From Selaginella moellendorffii (taxonomy: Eukaryota > Plantae > Lycopodiophyta), in assembly GCF_000143415.4 (NCBI RefSeq), contig NW_003314362.1, forward strand, positions 310,001 to 374,000: a DNA stretch of 64,000 nucleotides, in the 5' to 3' direction. Positions 63,564-64,000 of this stretch are shown here, piece after piece. Made by a program: the position numbers and the translations under genes. The first letter of the stretch is position 1. The number at the start of each line of letters is the position of its first letter. The notes under the pieces were generated by a model. It made no database searches. It had not been told where the DNA came from and saw nothing but the letters and a program-made list of their open reading frames with translations.

Positions 63564-64000
63564 TCGGGACCGAGACCGAGACCGAGGCCGAGGCCGAGAC
63601 CGAGCCCGAGCCCGAGTCCGAGTCTGAATCCGAGTCCGAGTCCGAGTCCAAGTCCGAGTCCGAGTCCGGAGCCTGAGAGGGTGAAAGCCCAAAGCGTTCG
63701 TCTCCCAGACCCTGGGGGGTTTGGTGAGCTCCAAAAGTATAGTAGGGGGAGGACTGCAGTGGAGCCAGTTTGGCCAAGAAAGGCCAGTTTGGCCCAGGAA
63801 GGCCGGACCCAGTGTTGGGTGATGAGCTGCCCACTGGGAAGTCCAAGACTAGAGTGAACACAGACCGACAAGCGGGGTAGCTTGGTGTAGTGTTCAAGAG
63901 CCGGCTCTAGTTCCCCCGGGAGATCGACTGGCCGATGCTCCCAGTCCAAGTGTGGGTGGCACTACCTACTTGGATACCTGGTGTGGCTCAACGGAACCCG
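62928..64000. mobile_element. LTR homologous (inverted) to 38709-40373, running off the window
   Basis: Starts TGTGAGACAC, the reverse complement of the 40373 end. Expanded GAGTCC/GAGACC and GGAGTCCGAGAT arrays. Confidence 0.85.

Overview
Eukaryotic land-plant genomic DNA. The ~50-60 bp introns, intronless PLS-type PPR genes and gene-dense, TE-rich layout suggest a lycophyte such as Selaginella (inference). Host genes: two PLS/E-type PPR genes, two tRNA-Thr(AGU) genes, a multi-exon NOP14 and a divergent SKP1-like gene. Genes of unusual type: a spliced P-loop NTPase plus probable restriction-endonuclease-fold gene of Crinkler/fungal type, and a divergent pair of homologous ~270-aa genes resembling the Evf/Cyt (bacterial/fungal cytolysin) fold. 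An old inverted duplication of a PPR-tRNA-NOP14 block has decayed reciprocally. It leaves a tRNA gene with no nearby T4 terminator pointing into antisense PPR fragments. Mobile DNA: an endonuclease-bearing Helentron-type element next to an RPA70-like gene, 5S-carrying Cassandra TRIMs (one old copy and one tandem array), three-level nested Ty3 LTR elements with TSDs, solo LTRs, and a 3.1-kb near-identical duplication of gene fragments. A 100-N gap lies at 15585-15684. All homology calls are by eye; no database search was run.
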